From positions 13,332,001-13,396,000 of the forward strand of contig NC_087252.1 in assembly GCF_037042905.1 (NCBI RefSeq): a stretch of DNA of 64,000 nucleotides, in the 5' to 3' direction. Shown in pieces: positions 50,880-63,500 of this stretch; position 1 is the stretch's first letter, and each line of letters starts with the position of its first letter. The translations under genes were made by a program, and so were the position numbers. The stretch comes from Lytechinus pictus (lineage: Eukaryota). The notes under the pieces were generated by a model, which was not told the origin of the DNA, made no database searches, and saw nothing but the letters and a program-made list of their open reading frames with translations.

Positions 50880-50955
50880 ATAATACATAATATGGGATTT
50901 GTAAAGCACACATACCTTGCTAGGTGCTCAAGGCGCTGCTATATACCCTGGCTAA
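50880..50955 (-). mobile_element. SINE-like 3' tail fragment
   Basis: Minus strand reads TTAGCCAGGGTATATAGCAGCGCCTTGAGCACCTAGCAAGGTATGTGTGCTTTACAAAT followed by TATT repeats. Confidence 0.55.
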
Positions 50956-53170
50956 GGTACTAAAGTAGGGACTTCAGTCACGTGACATTTCTTGTTGACC
51001 GCGATCGCTCTCCACGCACAGTCAATGGGAGCCCATTGACTTTGTACACACTCACGAGCGGTCTGCTTTTGGCACACGATTTGTGAATGAACTGAGAAAG
51101 ATGGACTTGTGAGGCGTTGGCTCAAGATATCGTTCTGATTGGTCAAATTACCTCCTCATAATTATAAAGAACTGATGAATATACATGAAAAATTAACATA
51201 CCCCAAAAATAGCCATGTCCGTCACTGTCTTAGACTTAGAAGTGAAATGGTTGTTGAGAGAATATCTTCAGCTGGCACCCCCAGAAGGCGTCAGTGGGAT
51301 TTGCTATTTTTTGGTACGTAGCAACTAGCATTATCATTATTATTTGTTGCTATTTATGAAGTTTCTCAATTTTTTTATTGAAAATTTGCCATACCTTGCT
51401 CGGCAGAGTAACATGATGTCCCAGTCATTTTTTTGAAAGATTTCTTTCTCGGTCCGAGCGAGCAGAGGCAGAACCCCCAGTCGATAATGACGTCATCATC
51501 ATATTCCTAGTGGATTTGTCCACTGATCAAGAGGGGTGAAAAATAGGAGGGTCACGATTTTTACGTAATTATCTTTATCAAACACGTTTGAAAATTAATG
51601 AAAAATAATCTTATACGATGTCACAGAATTTAAGATCGATAAAGAGCTCAAATGATCATTAAAATCATTTACTGAAAATGAATACCACTGTTGGAATACT
51701 TTGTTCCCTATGACGAATGGTATCGTGCCACAGCAAGATTTTGTAATACACCCCTTGGATCATGCTCAATTCTTCAGCGATTAAACAAGATCGACCGTCT
51801 TTAATCAATAAAATTATCATCTTTGACACGTTACCGAGTGTATTTACTAGTTTAAAAACGCTGATGTGATATGTACTACGGGAAAATGTAAGTGTGACCC
51901 TCTAAATCTAACTAAAAAACACTTACGAACATTTTATTTCATAATGTCATCCGGAACGAACACACCATACTTTACAACACGAAAATCTACGAGTGGGGCT
52001 GTACTAGACATCTTCGGAAGAGTACAGAGTCTTGTCAATAAAAGTCAGAATTTATCAATTTTCTTTTTTGTGGAATTCAGCGGCTCCTTAAAGGCTATCA
52101 GTCAGTCCGCAAGCCCTGAAAAAGTAGCTTCTTTTATCCAAGTGATATTCATGACAAGAGGGTTTTTGCGTAGTTAATGAGCTTGGTGCGAACCAAAACA
52201 CCTCTTTTTATTCGGCCATTGCTGCTCTAAATATTGACCAAATTTCATGTTTTTGGTATCTTTGTAAAAAAGAAGAATCATTCTTTTAGGTCATGTGTTT
52301 GGATTTTTAAAAGAATGTTGTAATATAGGAAAAACTTTTGATCTAAAACATGAAACAAAATATTTTTTTCATGCAACAAAAGTTGTTGTTTTCACACTTA
52401 ATTTCTGTTTAGGCACAAATGATTTTTAAATCATGATAAAGCTGAAGATCTAAGCTTTAATATGATATAATTTTTATAAGAAGATGTATTTTAGATGGGT
52501 CAGCAGCCAGCTTTTCATAGGCCAAGTACATTTTGCAGCTCAAAAACAAGAATACTGCGCTCTGATTGGTCATAGACTAGTACTATCATAGACCACACAC
52601 CCACGCAAATTCCAATGTTCCCCACACTGGGCCTCTGCAAGGTCACGCTCACCATGTGGTAATCTCTTCAAATTACCCCGCCTGTTTGTTTTGAAAACAG
52701 TATTCAGCCAATCAGAACTCTGGATTTTATGTTACTCAGAAATTTCAGAAATCTCGTCTTGCATCTTGATGGAAATAACTGGCTGCTGACCCATCTAAAA
52801 GATGCCACATATCAAGAGTGACATTATAAGAAAGTATAGAGTTTGAGCTTTCTGATGATATAAATAATGTTGGTGCCTAAAACACAAATGTTGCACAATT
52901 TGCAAGTGAAAACAGAGGAAGAAAATTCTGTTTGATGCATCTTTTCAGGTAAAAAATTCACTTATTTATCAAAATATTTCATTCAAAAGAAATGACCAAT
53001 ATAAAAGGGTAACATTTACTCTTGCCCATGGTACAAAAATAATCAATATTACTCAATGAGAAAGTGGTTAAATTCTTTGAGAAAGAAAGTCTCACAATTC
53101 ACGAGATTTTGCAGGGACATGAATTCAGCCACGAGAGGACTTGGATAAATCTTGCTCATTTGCTCATTAA

Positions 53171-53563
53171 AGATAAATTCCAGTATTGGTAACGATCTCA
53201 AAATGACTTTTTACAGAATCTAATATAATGACCACCCAAGTGTCTGTTTTTATGAATAAAAAATATGTGCCAAAGGATTTTGGAAGAAATTGTGTAATTG
53301 CTGAGAAATATGCAAAATAAGCGCGGATTCGGTCACTTCCGTCGGGTCTTTTTTCCAGCAATAATAATACACTGTCCCACATGTGCCTATCTGTGTTGGT
53401 GATCTTGAGTGTGAACATTTTTCAGCGTAGATTTCAAGATTTCACAAAGTTAAGTTATGTAACTGTACCAGATCTAGATCCTCGATGATATACTGACAAT
53501 TAAGCCTGGTTTTACAGACTTTCTCATGAAATCGGTGTTTACTGCAATTACTGGCATTTCTCT
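53171..53563. mobile_element. TTAA-target (Kolobok-like) MITE
   Basis: TTAA|AGATAAATTCCAGTA ... TACTGGCATTTCTCT|TTAA. Confidence 0.8.
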
Positions 53564-53567
53564 TTAA

Positions 53568-54149
53568 AGGAGAATGAAACCCTTGAAACCAGCTGAATCC
53601 ATATCAAAGAGAAAAATCAAAGAAACATTGTTGAAAGTTTGAGGAAGATTGAATGAATAATAAGAAAGTTATGAGCATTTGAATATTGAGATCACTAATG
53701 CCATGTAGATCCTCCCATTGGCAATGCGACCAAGATCTGTGATGTCACACACGTACAACTCCCTCATTACTTTAGTACTTATTTCACTTATATTCTCACT
53801 TTTATAGAGTCTATCACAAGGTGAGGTGTTCTCTTTATGAGAGGACAAGTACAGAGGTTTCACAAAATTATATCATTGATGAATCGTTTGTCATATGATT
53901 AGAATGAGCAAAAAGAGATGTTTTGGGGTATATTTTCAGTGTCCAAAAGGGGAGAGTTGTTCATCTGTGACATCATAGATCTTGGTCGCATTGCCAATAG
54001 GAGGATCTCCATAGCATTAGTGATCTCGACATTCAAATGCTCATAACTCTTCTATTGCTAGTCCTATTTTACTCAAACTTTTGTTGATCTTATTCTTTGA
54101 TTTTTCTGCTTTCACAAAGGCTAACTTGCTCCAAGAGTTTCATTCTCCT
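53568..54149. mobile_element. TTAA-target (Kolobok-like) MITE
   Basis: TTAA|AGGAGAATGAAAC ... GTTTCATTCTCCT|TTAA; inner IR ATTGGCAATGCGACCAAGATCT/AGATCTTGGTCGCATTGCCAAT. Confidence 0.9.
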
Positions 54150-55358
54150 TTAACACAGGGGCTTGCGGACTGACTGCTATGATATGAAAAGTTTTTAAGG
54201 AATATTGCATTAGTAGACTGACATGGCCTGGTTGGGTCGGGCATGGGGGGGGGGCAAATTCAAACACGAGAAAAAAATTCAAAAATCATTAATCATGACA
54301 ATGTCGATCAATCATTCAATGAATGTCTTTGAAAATGAAATATCAAAGTAATTCCAAGGTTATCAAACTTCCCTTTATATCGAATGAATATTATTGACAT
54401 TAAATAGGGAAAGATAGTTGGAAATTACATTTACAGCAACAACTAAAATGCTATAGTTCTTACAGAATTATGATTCCATATTTCATAAATCAAGTTCAAT
54501 GTCATAACGCGTTAACGCATGTGAATTTTCCACCAAAAAAATGGTTAAAAATTAATGTGCTTACTATTACTGCTAAATAACATAATAAAGCTCAATCTGC
54601 ATTAAAATTCTGGTACAATTGACACTAGGGGAAAATGTGATGAATTTATGATTTCATATTTCATTATCAAGTTCAAGGTTATAACGTGAATTTCCCACCA
54701 ATGTTTAAAAAATATATGTGCTTACTCATAAATGACATAATAAAGCTCAATCTGCATCACAATTCCTGTTGAACTGACTCTAGGGGGAAAATGTGATAAA
54801 AATTATGATTTTATATTTCAAGGTCAGATTCAAGGGAATAACACTTCTGATAATCCAAGCGGTGGTCAAAAAATATATTTTCGTACTTTTGAATAGCATC
54901 ACACGGCATATTCAACTAAACATTTCCACTCTAATTGACCAGAAAGGCAAAAAAAAAATCGAAAAATATGCGAATATCATGATTTAATATTTCATGAATT
55001 TATTATTAATGGCCTTGACCATGCAAAAAATACATCAAGGCAAAATATAATATCTCTTCTAACATCCTGCCAAGTTTCAAAGCTGTAATGCAAAAAACAT
55101 GGGAATAACACTAGTTTGAAAATATTAAGTCAGGTTTTTCATGGTGCCATTCTCACAACAAAGTAAAACAAAAGAATGACCTTTGACCATTGGTCAAATA
55201 TTATGTCCAATTGCCGAAACATAATTGGGCATAACAAATGACTCGTTGGGTCAATTTTAAAAATTCAAAGTGTTCTGAGATCCGTAAGAGTTCCTCTTTC
55301 CAATGGTATCAATTCAAAGCTATTATCACAAGTTCTAAAAATCACCTGAAATGCCTAA

Positions 55359-55559
55359 CTAAAGCTAGTCTACCGATTCTTGTGCGCACAGCTTTTTAAG
55401 GAATTACTTCCTGCCGGTACCCATTTACCTCACCTGGGTCGAGTGCAGCACAGTGTGGATAACTTTCTTGCTGAAGGAAAACACACCATGGCTAGGATTC
55501 AAACCCATGACCCTCTGTTTGAAAGGCGAGAGTCAGAACCACTAAGCCACGACGCGCCC
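55359..55559 (-). mobile_element. tRNA-derived SINE (head and body)
   Basis: Minus strand GGGCGCGTCGTGGCTTAGTGG (A box) ... GGTTTGAATCC (B box) ... ACCCAGGTGAGGTAAATGGGTACC (conserved SINE-like central segment). Confidence 0.85.
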
Positions 55560-56230
55560 ACGCTTAATGAAAGATAAATAATGAAAGATTAATTGTACAT
55601 GTAAATTAATGCCCTGCATTATTTGTAGTACTTTAACAAAATTCTTTATCTTTTGGTTTTGGGGTACGCGTTGTATGCTTCATAGACTCAACACAGTCTG
55701 AATTTTTTTTTTTTCAAGGAAGTGTTTCCTATCATATTTGTCCAAATCCCATAAAATTGCCCTTTAAAAGCCCATAAATGACATACATTGTAAAAGGAAT
55801 ATTGATTCTAAATTGATGAAAAAAGGATAATTTCTGGTACATACTGTACATGTACATGGAATACGTGTCAACTCTTTCAAAAGAAAAATCTTATATGGGG
55901 GTAATTACATGCTAAAATACTTTCTAATACTAAACCTACTTAAAAATCTTATTTTTGCCTTTATTTTGGTATTTTAAATGAATAAAGAAATCTTACTAAA
56001 TCTGATAAAATCTTTCTGGTTGATAGGTATGACATGTACATAATTTATTCGAATTTACATGAAAACAAATTTCAAGATTGAAGCAAAATACTGACAAGTA
56101 CAAGCTGGTCATTCACCATTACATGGGCAATAACTCTTCAATTTGATAATAAATTTTATCATTCAATCTATCAACCCCAATGTCCATTCATTCTTCATCT
56201 TTTCTTCTAGCCAGAGACCATGGACTCATT

Positions 56231-56715
56231 AGGTGGTTTCAGACCGCCTCGAACTTCGTCAGTTCCAGGTATTCTCTGATTGGGAAATTTACCCCGATCA
56301 GAAAATACCAGGTATTTTGGTAATGTGAAAGCAAACTACGCGTAATTTCCCCGAAAGAAAATACCCACTAAACAGTAGGTACTTGGGGAAATTACGAGAA
56401 CTTTCGCGGGGATTTTTCCAAGGTCGCAGGTATTTTGGCAATGTGAAAGCAATTTACGGGAACTTTTAGCCCAGCGTGTTGTTGGGCGCGGGCGCCGTGG
56501 GTGGCTGCTGGGCTAGTGGTTTTGAATCTCGCGCCTTGCCTGCTTATTAGACCATACTGCGCATGCTCCTAACTTCAGGAATTTATCCCGAAGGGTATGT
56601 TTCGGGGCGGTGTGAATGCAGGAATAATTAATGGGTATTTTTTAGCCTAAAAATGTTCTCGTAATTTAAGTAATTTAACGGGGATTCTTGTGATCGAGGC
56701 GGTTTGAAACTGCCT
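56231..56715. mobile_element. PIF/Harbinger-like MITE
   Basis: ATT|AGGTGGTTTCAGACCGCCTCGA ... TCGAGGCGGTTTGAAACTGCCT|ATT (3-bp TSD). Confidence 0.88.
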
Positions 56716-56989
56716 ATTGTCTCAGCATCTTACACTGATTTCCCAAAGGCCTATTCATTCTCCATGCCACTCACTCTAATCCCATTATCCGAATTTGACC
56801 TGTCTCGCTGGACAGGCAGAGTAACAAATCACAATTTTATCTGAAATTTTCGAGAAGAAAGAGTGGTTTGGGGCAAGTTAATATATTACCCAATTTAAAA
56901 CCCTTCCTGACTCACCTGCATTTGTGATATAGGAACTTAGAATTCTAAAAATGAAGCCATATTTGCTTGCATTTACAAGAGGGGTTTAA

Positions 56990-57493
56990 AGGGGAAGTTC
57001 ACCCTTAAGAAAAGTTTGTTGTAAAAATAGCAGAAAAATATTTAAAAATATTGGTGAAGGTTTGAGGAAAATTTGTTAAAGATTAAGAAAGTTATTAGAA
57101 TTTTAAGTTTTGGATTTGTGACGTCAAAAACGAGCAGCTGCCCCATAACATATGTAATATAAAATGCATTAATTTCATTTTTTTAATGGTTCCTGATGAC
57201 TTATTTTGTTTTCTTTTCAAGATCAGGTGTGAAATGATTTGTCTCTTGATATACAAATGCTACAGTAAAAACCATTTTCAATGTTCTGAGAAAATGACAT
57301 TTCATTGATTATTTAACCATTTGCTATTATACTGTAGGAGTGTTGCTCGCATATGATGTCACAAATCAAGTAATTAAAATTCTAATAATTTTTTAATTCT
57401 TTGATCGATTAATCTGAAACCTTTCGGCAATATTTTTTATTAATTTTTTCTGCTATTTTTACAATAAACTTTTTGTCAGCGTGAACTTCCCCT
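56990..57493. mobile_element. TTAA-target (Kolobok-like) MITE
   Basis: TTAA|AGGGGAAGTTCAC ... GTGAACTTCCCCT|TTAA. Confidence 0.9.
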
Positions 57494-57536
57494 TTAAACT
57501 AGGGGATACAAAATACATAAACTTGGAGTTCAAACC

Positions 57537-57718
57537 TAGTCTGCGCGTACAGACCCTTGGTTTTCACAATTTCAGTGAGACTAGATGCACTACATATATC
57601 ATATACTAGGGCTGGCTCTACAGAGACTGTGGAGTCTACCGTAGTCTTCACTCTAGACAAGGTTTTAGTTTTAGTGTCAAATACACTGTATGAGTCTGTG
57701 CTTGCGATTTCAGACTAG
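57537..57718. mobile_element. Short TAGTCTG...CAGACTA inverted-end element
   Basis: CTAGTCTGCGCGTACAGACC and GAGTCTGTGCTTGCGATTTCAGACTAG form an imperfect inverted pair. Confidence 0.4.
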
Positions 57719-58724
57719 TTCATACCCCCTCCTAGTATTTTCAAGTGAAACACTACACACTTGCTAATAATTGCATGTTGCCTGCATGTAGGAAGGCCTA
57801 CACACTATTCTGTAAACCTAGTCTGTATTAAAAAAGCAAAGACATAAATTTGTCACTTACACAAATTATGATGTGTCTAGGGTGAAGACTAGACACCAAA
57901 CTCAATGGCCCATTTTCTAAAAAGATGTTTCAATTGTACAATGATAAAAAAAAAGGATTTTGCAGATTACATTATTCAATAAGGCACCCTTTTCACACAT
58001 GTGCATTTGTAATTGAACCTTTCTTGGTGTATAAATGCAACAAAATAAGCATTATTATATGCATACAAATCTGCTTAAGTTTGAAAGAAATGTCTTTTAC
58101 AAGCCTCGTATTTTCAAGTGTTTTTTCTTTCTTACATGTACTTTCAATTTATACTGGACATTACAATAACTCAAACTACAAAATAAATTACCTACAATTT
58201 CAATATATGAAAATATTACAGATTCTCTTCATGAAACTAGTATAATTACACCAATCTTTACAAATATCAATGTCGAATCAACCAAATTTAACTACCGGTA
58301 TGTATAAATGTACGTAAATCATATTTTCATGTAAACTTTGCGTCATTAGTCTTTGGACTACTAAATTGTATGTTTTAATCAAATTGAATTGAATAGAGTT
58401 CATGGTTTTGTACCACGGTACCATTGAAACCGCTTTTGAGAATAAGAGCCACTGTGTGTCAAACAGCCGCAATACAGTGAAACTAGTTTACGATGTCAGA
58501 CTCTGCATTATGCGAAATACAAGGGTACCAGCCTGCAGACGATACGTGTAGCTAGGAGCAGAAAGAATGTTAAGATAACACACTTGGCTAAAACCTTTTA
58601 ATCCTCTCCTTGCTTGTCACATTATTACAAGGCCAAAAGCAACAACCGACTTTCATTCCACACATCATGATCATGTTACATGGCATTATAAATTGTATTT
58701 TACTTCCATAAAACCTCAACATAT

Positions 58725-58925
58725 TGGCAATTCCATAAAATATGTACAGTCCGACCCCTTATATTTGGGACCTTCATGAAATTTTCTGTCTCTGATTTCT
58801 TGTTCTTTGGACAGTCTGTAATGTTTTAAAAGGACCATGACTGGACCAGTCTATGAAGTGAAGTAAGACTTGAGAAAAATGGGGGTCGGTTGAACAAAAA
58901 GGTTGATTATTTTATGGAATTGCCC
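58725..58925. mobile_element. MITE with ATAT TSD (same termini as 17524-17980)
   Basis: ATAT|TGGCAATTCCATAAAA ... TTTTATGGAATTGCCC|ATAT. Confidence 0.8.
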
Positions 58926-60130
58926 ATATGTAACAGTCTTCTCTTTCCAGCAACAACTTTTTAAAAAAATTGAGAAACACGATGTAATAAGGAAATAATA
59001 CTCATTAGGCAATGCATGTGATTTGTATCCAAAAATTTACTGCATTTGGTGGGCACAATGAAATGGTCAAATGTAGATCAAGAAATGTTTCAAAAGGTCT
59101 AAATCAGGACATCATTATCTGCCTGAATACATCAATTGTGTAATTCAAGATTTCAAAATCTGTGGAAATCTGCGGATCAGCTAAAAAAAATCATGCCAGA
59201 TAAAATAAACTGTATATTTCATTCTTTTTTTGTTTTTTTATGCTTGTAGTTGTGATTTTTTTAATATTAAAAACAGGCTGTTTTCAGAGAGAGTAGCTGT
59301 ACTTACAGTGTACATGTACCATCTTGAAATATTTTTTTTTAACAACTATGAAAATCCTATTAAAGCTTTAATTTTTTTGGTTGGGGTGTAAATGGTCTGT
59401 TGTGAGAGAAAATATACATTGATTATACAGAACAGTACCTCATTTTATTTTCTTTTAGGATTTCAAAGTCCGTAGAAATCTGCGGATCCGCTGAGAAAAA
59501 TCATGCCAGATACATTGTATACAACAACTCGATCAAATCAACTTGATTTTTCTTGTATGCTCTCTTAATTTTTAATAAACATGCTTTTGTCAGAGAGTGT
59601 ACATGTATCTAGGCCAACAACATGTATGTACCTTTAAATAATATCTTGAAATGATGAATTGACATAAACTATTTTTGGGGGGTGTGAATGGGTCATAGTG
59701 AGAGTATACCTTCATATATTAAAGTGATGACAGACAGCTAACATGATGGAGCTCAATATCAACCGTGATGGATTGGTAATTCAATTACAAGATACCATAC
59801 TTTAATGGATCACAGCTATATACATGTAGTACAGAAGACATGTAGCATAATGCTTTATATATATCCACATGATAGAAAAATATAGTTTGAAATAAAACTT
59901 TTGAAAAAATGACAATTTAACAATTTTATGTATTGGAGTAAATGGGAGAGTAGTCCTTGCCTTTACCATGACATCACCAATGCGACCAATTTGAAGTTTC
60001 CATATGGGTATAGCGATTACCACTTTTTACAACTTTAAAAAATTCATAATTTAAACTTTCTCATAGTTTGTACGATTTTGTCAAAACTTTAACCCATGTA
60101 CTTATCTGATTTTTCTTCTTCCGATAAAAC

Positions 60131-60421
60131 TACTCCAGGAGCTTAGTTGGTCAGGGTCAGAGTGCCTAATGCCTCTGACCGTACGTGCTCCCAGGGTGGG
60201 CCTCTCCTTCCTTCTCGTATTCTCCATTTCTGCCGGGGCTAGACTCGATAAGCTCTGCTTTTTCTAGCCCCGGTCACATTATTTACCATAGTATTTTAAT
60301 TTTTGTTGTATGTTTTTTTTTCTCTCTCTCTCTTTTATATATACATGGAGTAATTTCCTTTTCTTTCTTATGTAATTGTGTGTATTGGTTTTTAATGTGA
60401 AATAAATGAAATGAAATGAAA
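60131..60421 (+). mobile_element. 5'-truncated LINE 3' end (L2/CR1-like) inserted into a truncated TTAA MITE
   Basis: Two hairpins, a T-rich segment, AATAAA and a (TGAAA)n tail; AAAAC on both flanks; host MITE sequence resumes and ends TTCCCCTTTAA at ~60463. Confidence 0.65.
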
Positions 60422-60810
60422 AAAACCAACTTTTCATTTAGGTTGAAAATTTTTCCCCTTTAAATAGTTCAGGATATTTGCTAAATTGTGAAAAATAAAA
60501 GGCATTTTTAACATTGACTTCAATTTTTTTTAAATCTTAGCTATAAAGCATGTCATACAATTGAAGCCATCAAAACTTTGAATATCTAAAGTAGATGTGA
60601 AATTAGTGGGTTTTTTTCCAAGTGATGTATAAGGTCTGAGGGATGATCTTGGGATAAGTTCCTAATTTATTGCATTCTGGTTCCCATCCTACCTCTCCCC
60701 TTCTCCCTTTATCCTCTCAGTTCGACCCCTCATGACATTTCCTCCAACTCTTCACTTTTTTCCTGATTCTTAATTACTAATTTGTTTCTCTATCTCACTA
60801 TCAATCCCCA

Positions 60811-61068
60811 TTCCCCTCTCCCTTCCCCTCCCCTCCCCTTCCCCTCTCCCTTCCCCTCCCTTTCCCCTCCCCTTCCCCTCCCCTTCCCCTCTCCCTTCCC
60901 CTCCCCTTCCCCTCTCCCTTCCCCTCTCCCTTCCACTCCCCTTCCCCTCTCCCTTCCCTTTCCCTCTCCCTTCCCCTCCCCTTCCCCTCTCCTTCCCCTC
61001 TCCCTTCCCCTCCCCTCCCCTTCCCCTCCCCCTCTGTATAGATCTCTCTCTCTCCCTCTCTCTCTCCA
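60811..61068. repeat. Polypyrimidine tract of CCCTT/CCCCTCT units followed by (CT)n
   Basis: Almost purine-free on the plus strand. Confidence 0.95.
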
Positions 61069-62499
61069 TTAAATTTACATCTTACCACAAACCATACGGT
61101 GCATCTTTCAATTATCTACCTCGCAATGAAAAATCACTTCCATTCCTTGATCTCTCAACCAAACAATCAGTTTTAATATCTTCCATTCATACCAGCAATA
61201 CTTTTCACTCAAAACTGAAATTAAATCTGTATACTGAACATGTAAAATGTACAGTAGGTCTGCGTACAATTTTATTCTATACCAATATAATGGCTGGTCA
61301 AAGCAATGAATTCATATTCCAGTCGAAGGAGGAAACTGGTATGAATGATAATATAGTGAGATAAATTAAAATGTATGATTCTTATTATACTTTCTAACCA
61401 AAATTAGAGAATACATGTAGCAATCATATACTCCTGAAAATGTTCCTTGTCTGATGAATGAATTTCATTTTATTTCATTTATTATTTCTGCAACCTTTTC
61501 AAATTTACAAAATAACAAAGAAAAATATTATAAAAAAATATTGTATGTTCTATAACAAACAAAAATTCCAGATGGGCATACATGTACATGTCATGAGTTG
61601 TCACCAACACTGGGCTTTCATAGTTTATTTTATAAAGATTGATTTGATCAATCACAGTCCTTGTAAGACAGGATCACTGGACGAGACCTCTTAATACAGT
61701 CTGCAGTGGCCACACTGTAAGTTGAAGCCAATAATTACATTGTAGGGCTACAGAGCTCTGCCTAATGAAGCTACTCAACTCGAACGTCAAATGAATCTTG
61801 ATGTTTTCATACGAAATCAATCAATCAATATGGCCTGTATCTAGACGGAACGCTCCTGTTTGTCTACGACTTGGTGCATCAAATTGGCAATTAATTAAAG
61901 AGCACTGAAAACAGTACCAAGTAAAAAAAAGATTACTATACATGTAGTGTCTATTTGCAGAGCTGGTCAGGTGTTTTCTTTTTTAATATTTTCATTCACA
62001 GGGCGGGACAGGGGATGTTGATAAGAAAGGGTAAGATGGTCTATATATGATAAAAGTGATGTTATTTTTGCTTCTTTCATGGGATATTTTGAGGATTTCT
62101 TGTGTCCCAAACTTATCTTTTTTGTTATTCCTCTCTCTTTCTTGATCCAACTCTCTTTTGTCAATTCCTTTCCGTTTCCTGTTTTTTTTAATTCTTTTTC
62201 TTCTTTTCTTCACTAACGTACTTGTGAAATCACAGCCCTTCATTTCAATGCAGCAATGGATCATAAACTGAATAGGATGTGGTGGGGCTAACAAATTTCA
62301 GAGCTTTATTTTAGGTGAAAGAAATAAAAGCTGAAACTTAATACACATTACATTCAGAAATTTACAATATGTTTGAGATTATTTGGTTAAATGATTAGCC
62401 TCAGAATTGTTGTTAATATCATTGAGACTTATCATCACATGTCATTAAAAAAAATTTATCATTTTCACATCATTACCATTTCAATTGCAACCAGGACCA

Positions 62500-62768
62500 T
62501 CATCAACATCACAATTATGCCTAAAAACATCATCACCATCATCATCATCAACATTACCATCACCACCTTCACTATCATCCTCCTCCTCATCATCATCATC
62601 ACCACCACCATGATTTTTATTACCATCATTATATTATCATTACCACCACCACCATCATCATCACCATCACCATCACCATCACCATCACCACCACCACCAC
62701 CACCATCACCATCATCATGATCATGTTCATCATCATCGTCATCTCTAACATTACCACCTCCACCACCA
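62500..62768. repeat. Degenerate (CAT/CAC)n tract
   Basis: Visible trinucleotide reiteration. Confidence 0.9.
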
Positions 62769-62907
62769 AAGTAGATTCTAGCTTTAAAAAGAGTAAGATC
62801 ATCAGATTATAGGATGAGAGACTATAACTTAGGGATCCATTGTTTTACATATAACTCTTGTTTACATTGTTAGAGCAAAGCAAAGAGACAAGTCTGGTTT
62901 TCCTCAC

Positions 62908-63500
62908 CTGAACTTGGCTGTGGCTTGGCCTTGCCCTTGGACTACCCCGATCGAGTTCTACTTCTAATCACTTCTATTCAGAGTTGATCAACGGCACGCT
63001 GCAGAAGTGCGAGGGGTAGACTGGTGGTTAAGGGTTAATATTCTGGAAGGCTGGACTTGAGATAGAATCTTAACTAGATCTAGTTGAGCGTACTAGATTA
63101 AGACACTCAGCTCCCTCCACGTCTACCAAGTTACTGTATCAATATCCCGATAATGGAAATACGATTCCAACATCGGCTTTCAAAGAATCATCACTTGGCC
63201 GTTTAACTTAAGTTAGGGCCACTCAACTGTCACTCAGTGTCCATGGTGTCACTTTCCTTGTGCAATTGTAGGGGCCGGGATGTATGCAGTAGGCCAGATG
63301 CAAAGTCAATCCAGCGTAGAGATAGTTCGGTAAGCATCACCTCAAAGTGTTGGGAATCATAACAGTACACAAAAGGCCCGCAGATTAAGAAAATCCCGCT
63401 CACGACATGTGGGTGCAGTACAGTGCAGCAGTGGATGCGCGCTATGTGCGGTATGTGCCCATGGCATGCCATGAGCCGTTCCGTTCTCTGGACACACAGC
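62908..63500 (-). other. Candidate non-coding first exon / promoter-proximal region of a minus-strand gene (5' end uncertain)
   Basis: Strong donor TTCAG|GTGAGG at 62908; ~600 bp of non-repetitive, GC- and CpG-richer sequence; no ATG-initiated open frame runs into the donor. Confidence 0.4.

Larger units (their letters stand above)
52096..54179. mobile_element. Long inverted-repeat DNA element (TAG-type terminus, possibly Academ-like) containing two TTAA MITEs
   Basis: TATCAGTCAGTCCGCAAGCCC / GGGCTTGCGGACTGACTGCTA ends; inner IR TTTTAGATGGGTCAGCAGCCAG (~52489-52510) / CTGGCTGCTGACCCATCTAAAA (~52780-52800); TSD not seen. Confidence 0.7.

Noticed and set aside
55480..55559. tRNA gene
   Set aside because: A and B boxes are present, but the sequence continues into a SINE body and a complete cloverleaf acceptor stem is not evident.
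60770..61088. G/E/R-rich and P/S-rich ORFs
   Set aside because: Low-complexity purine/pyrimidine tract.
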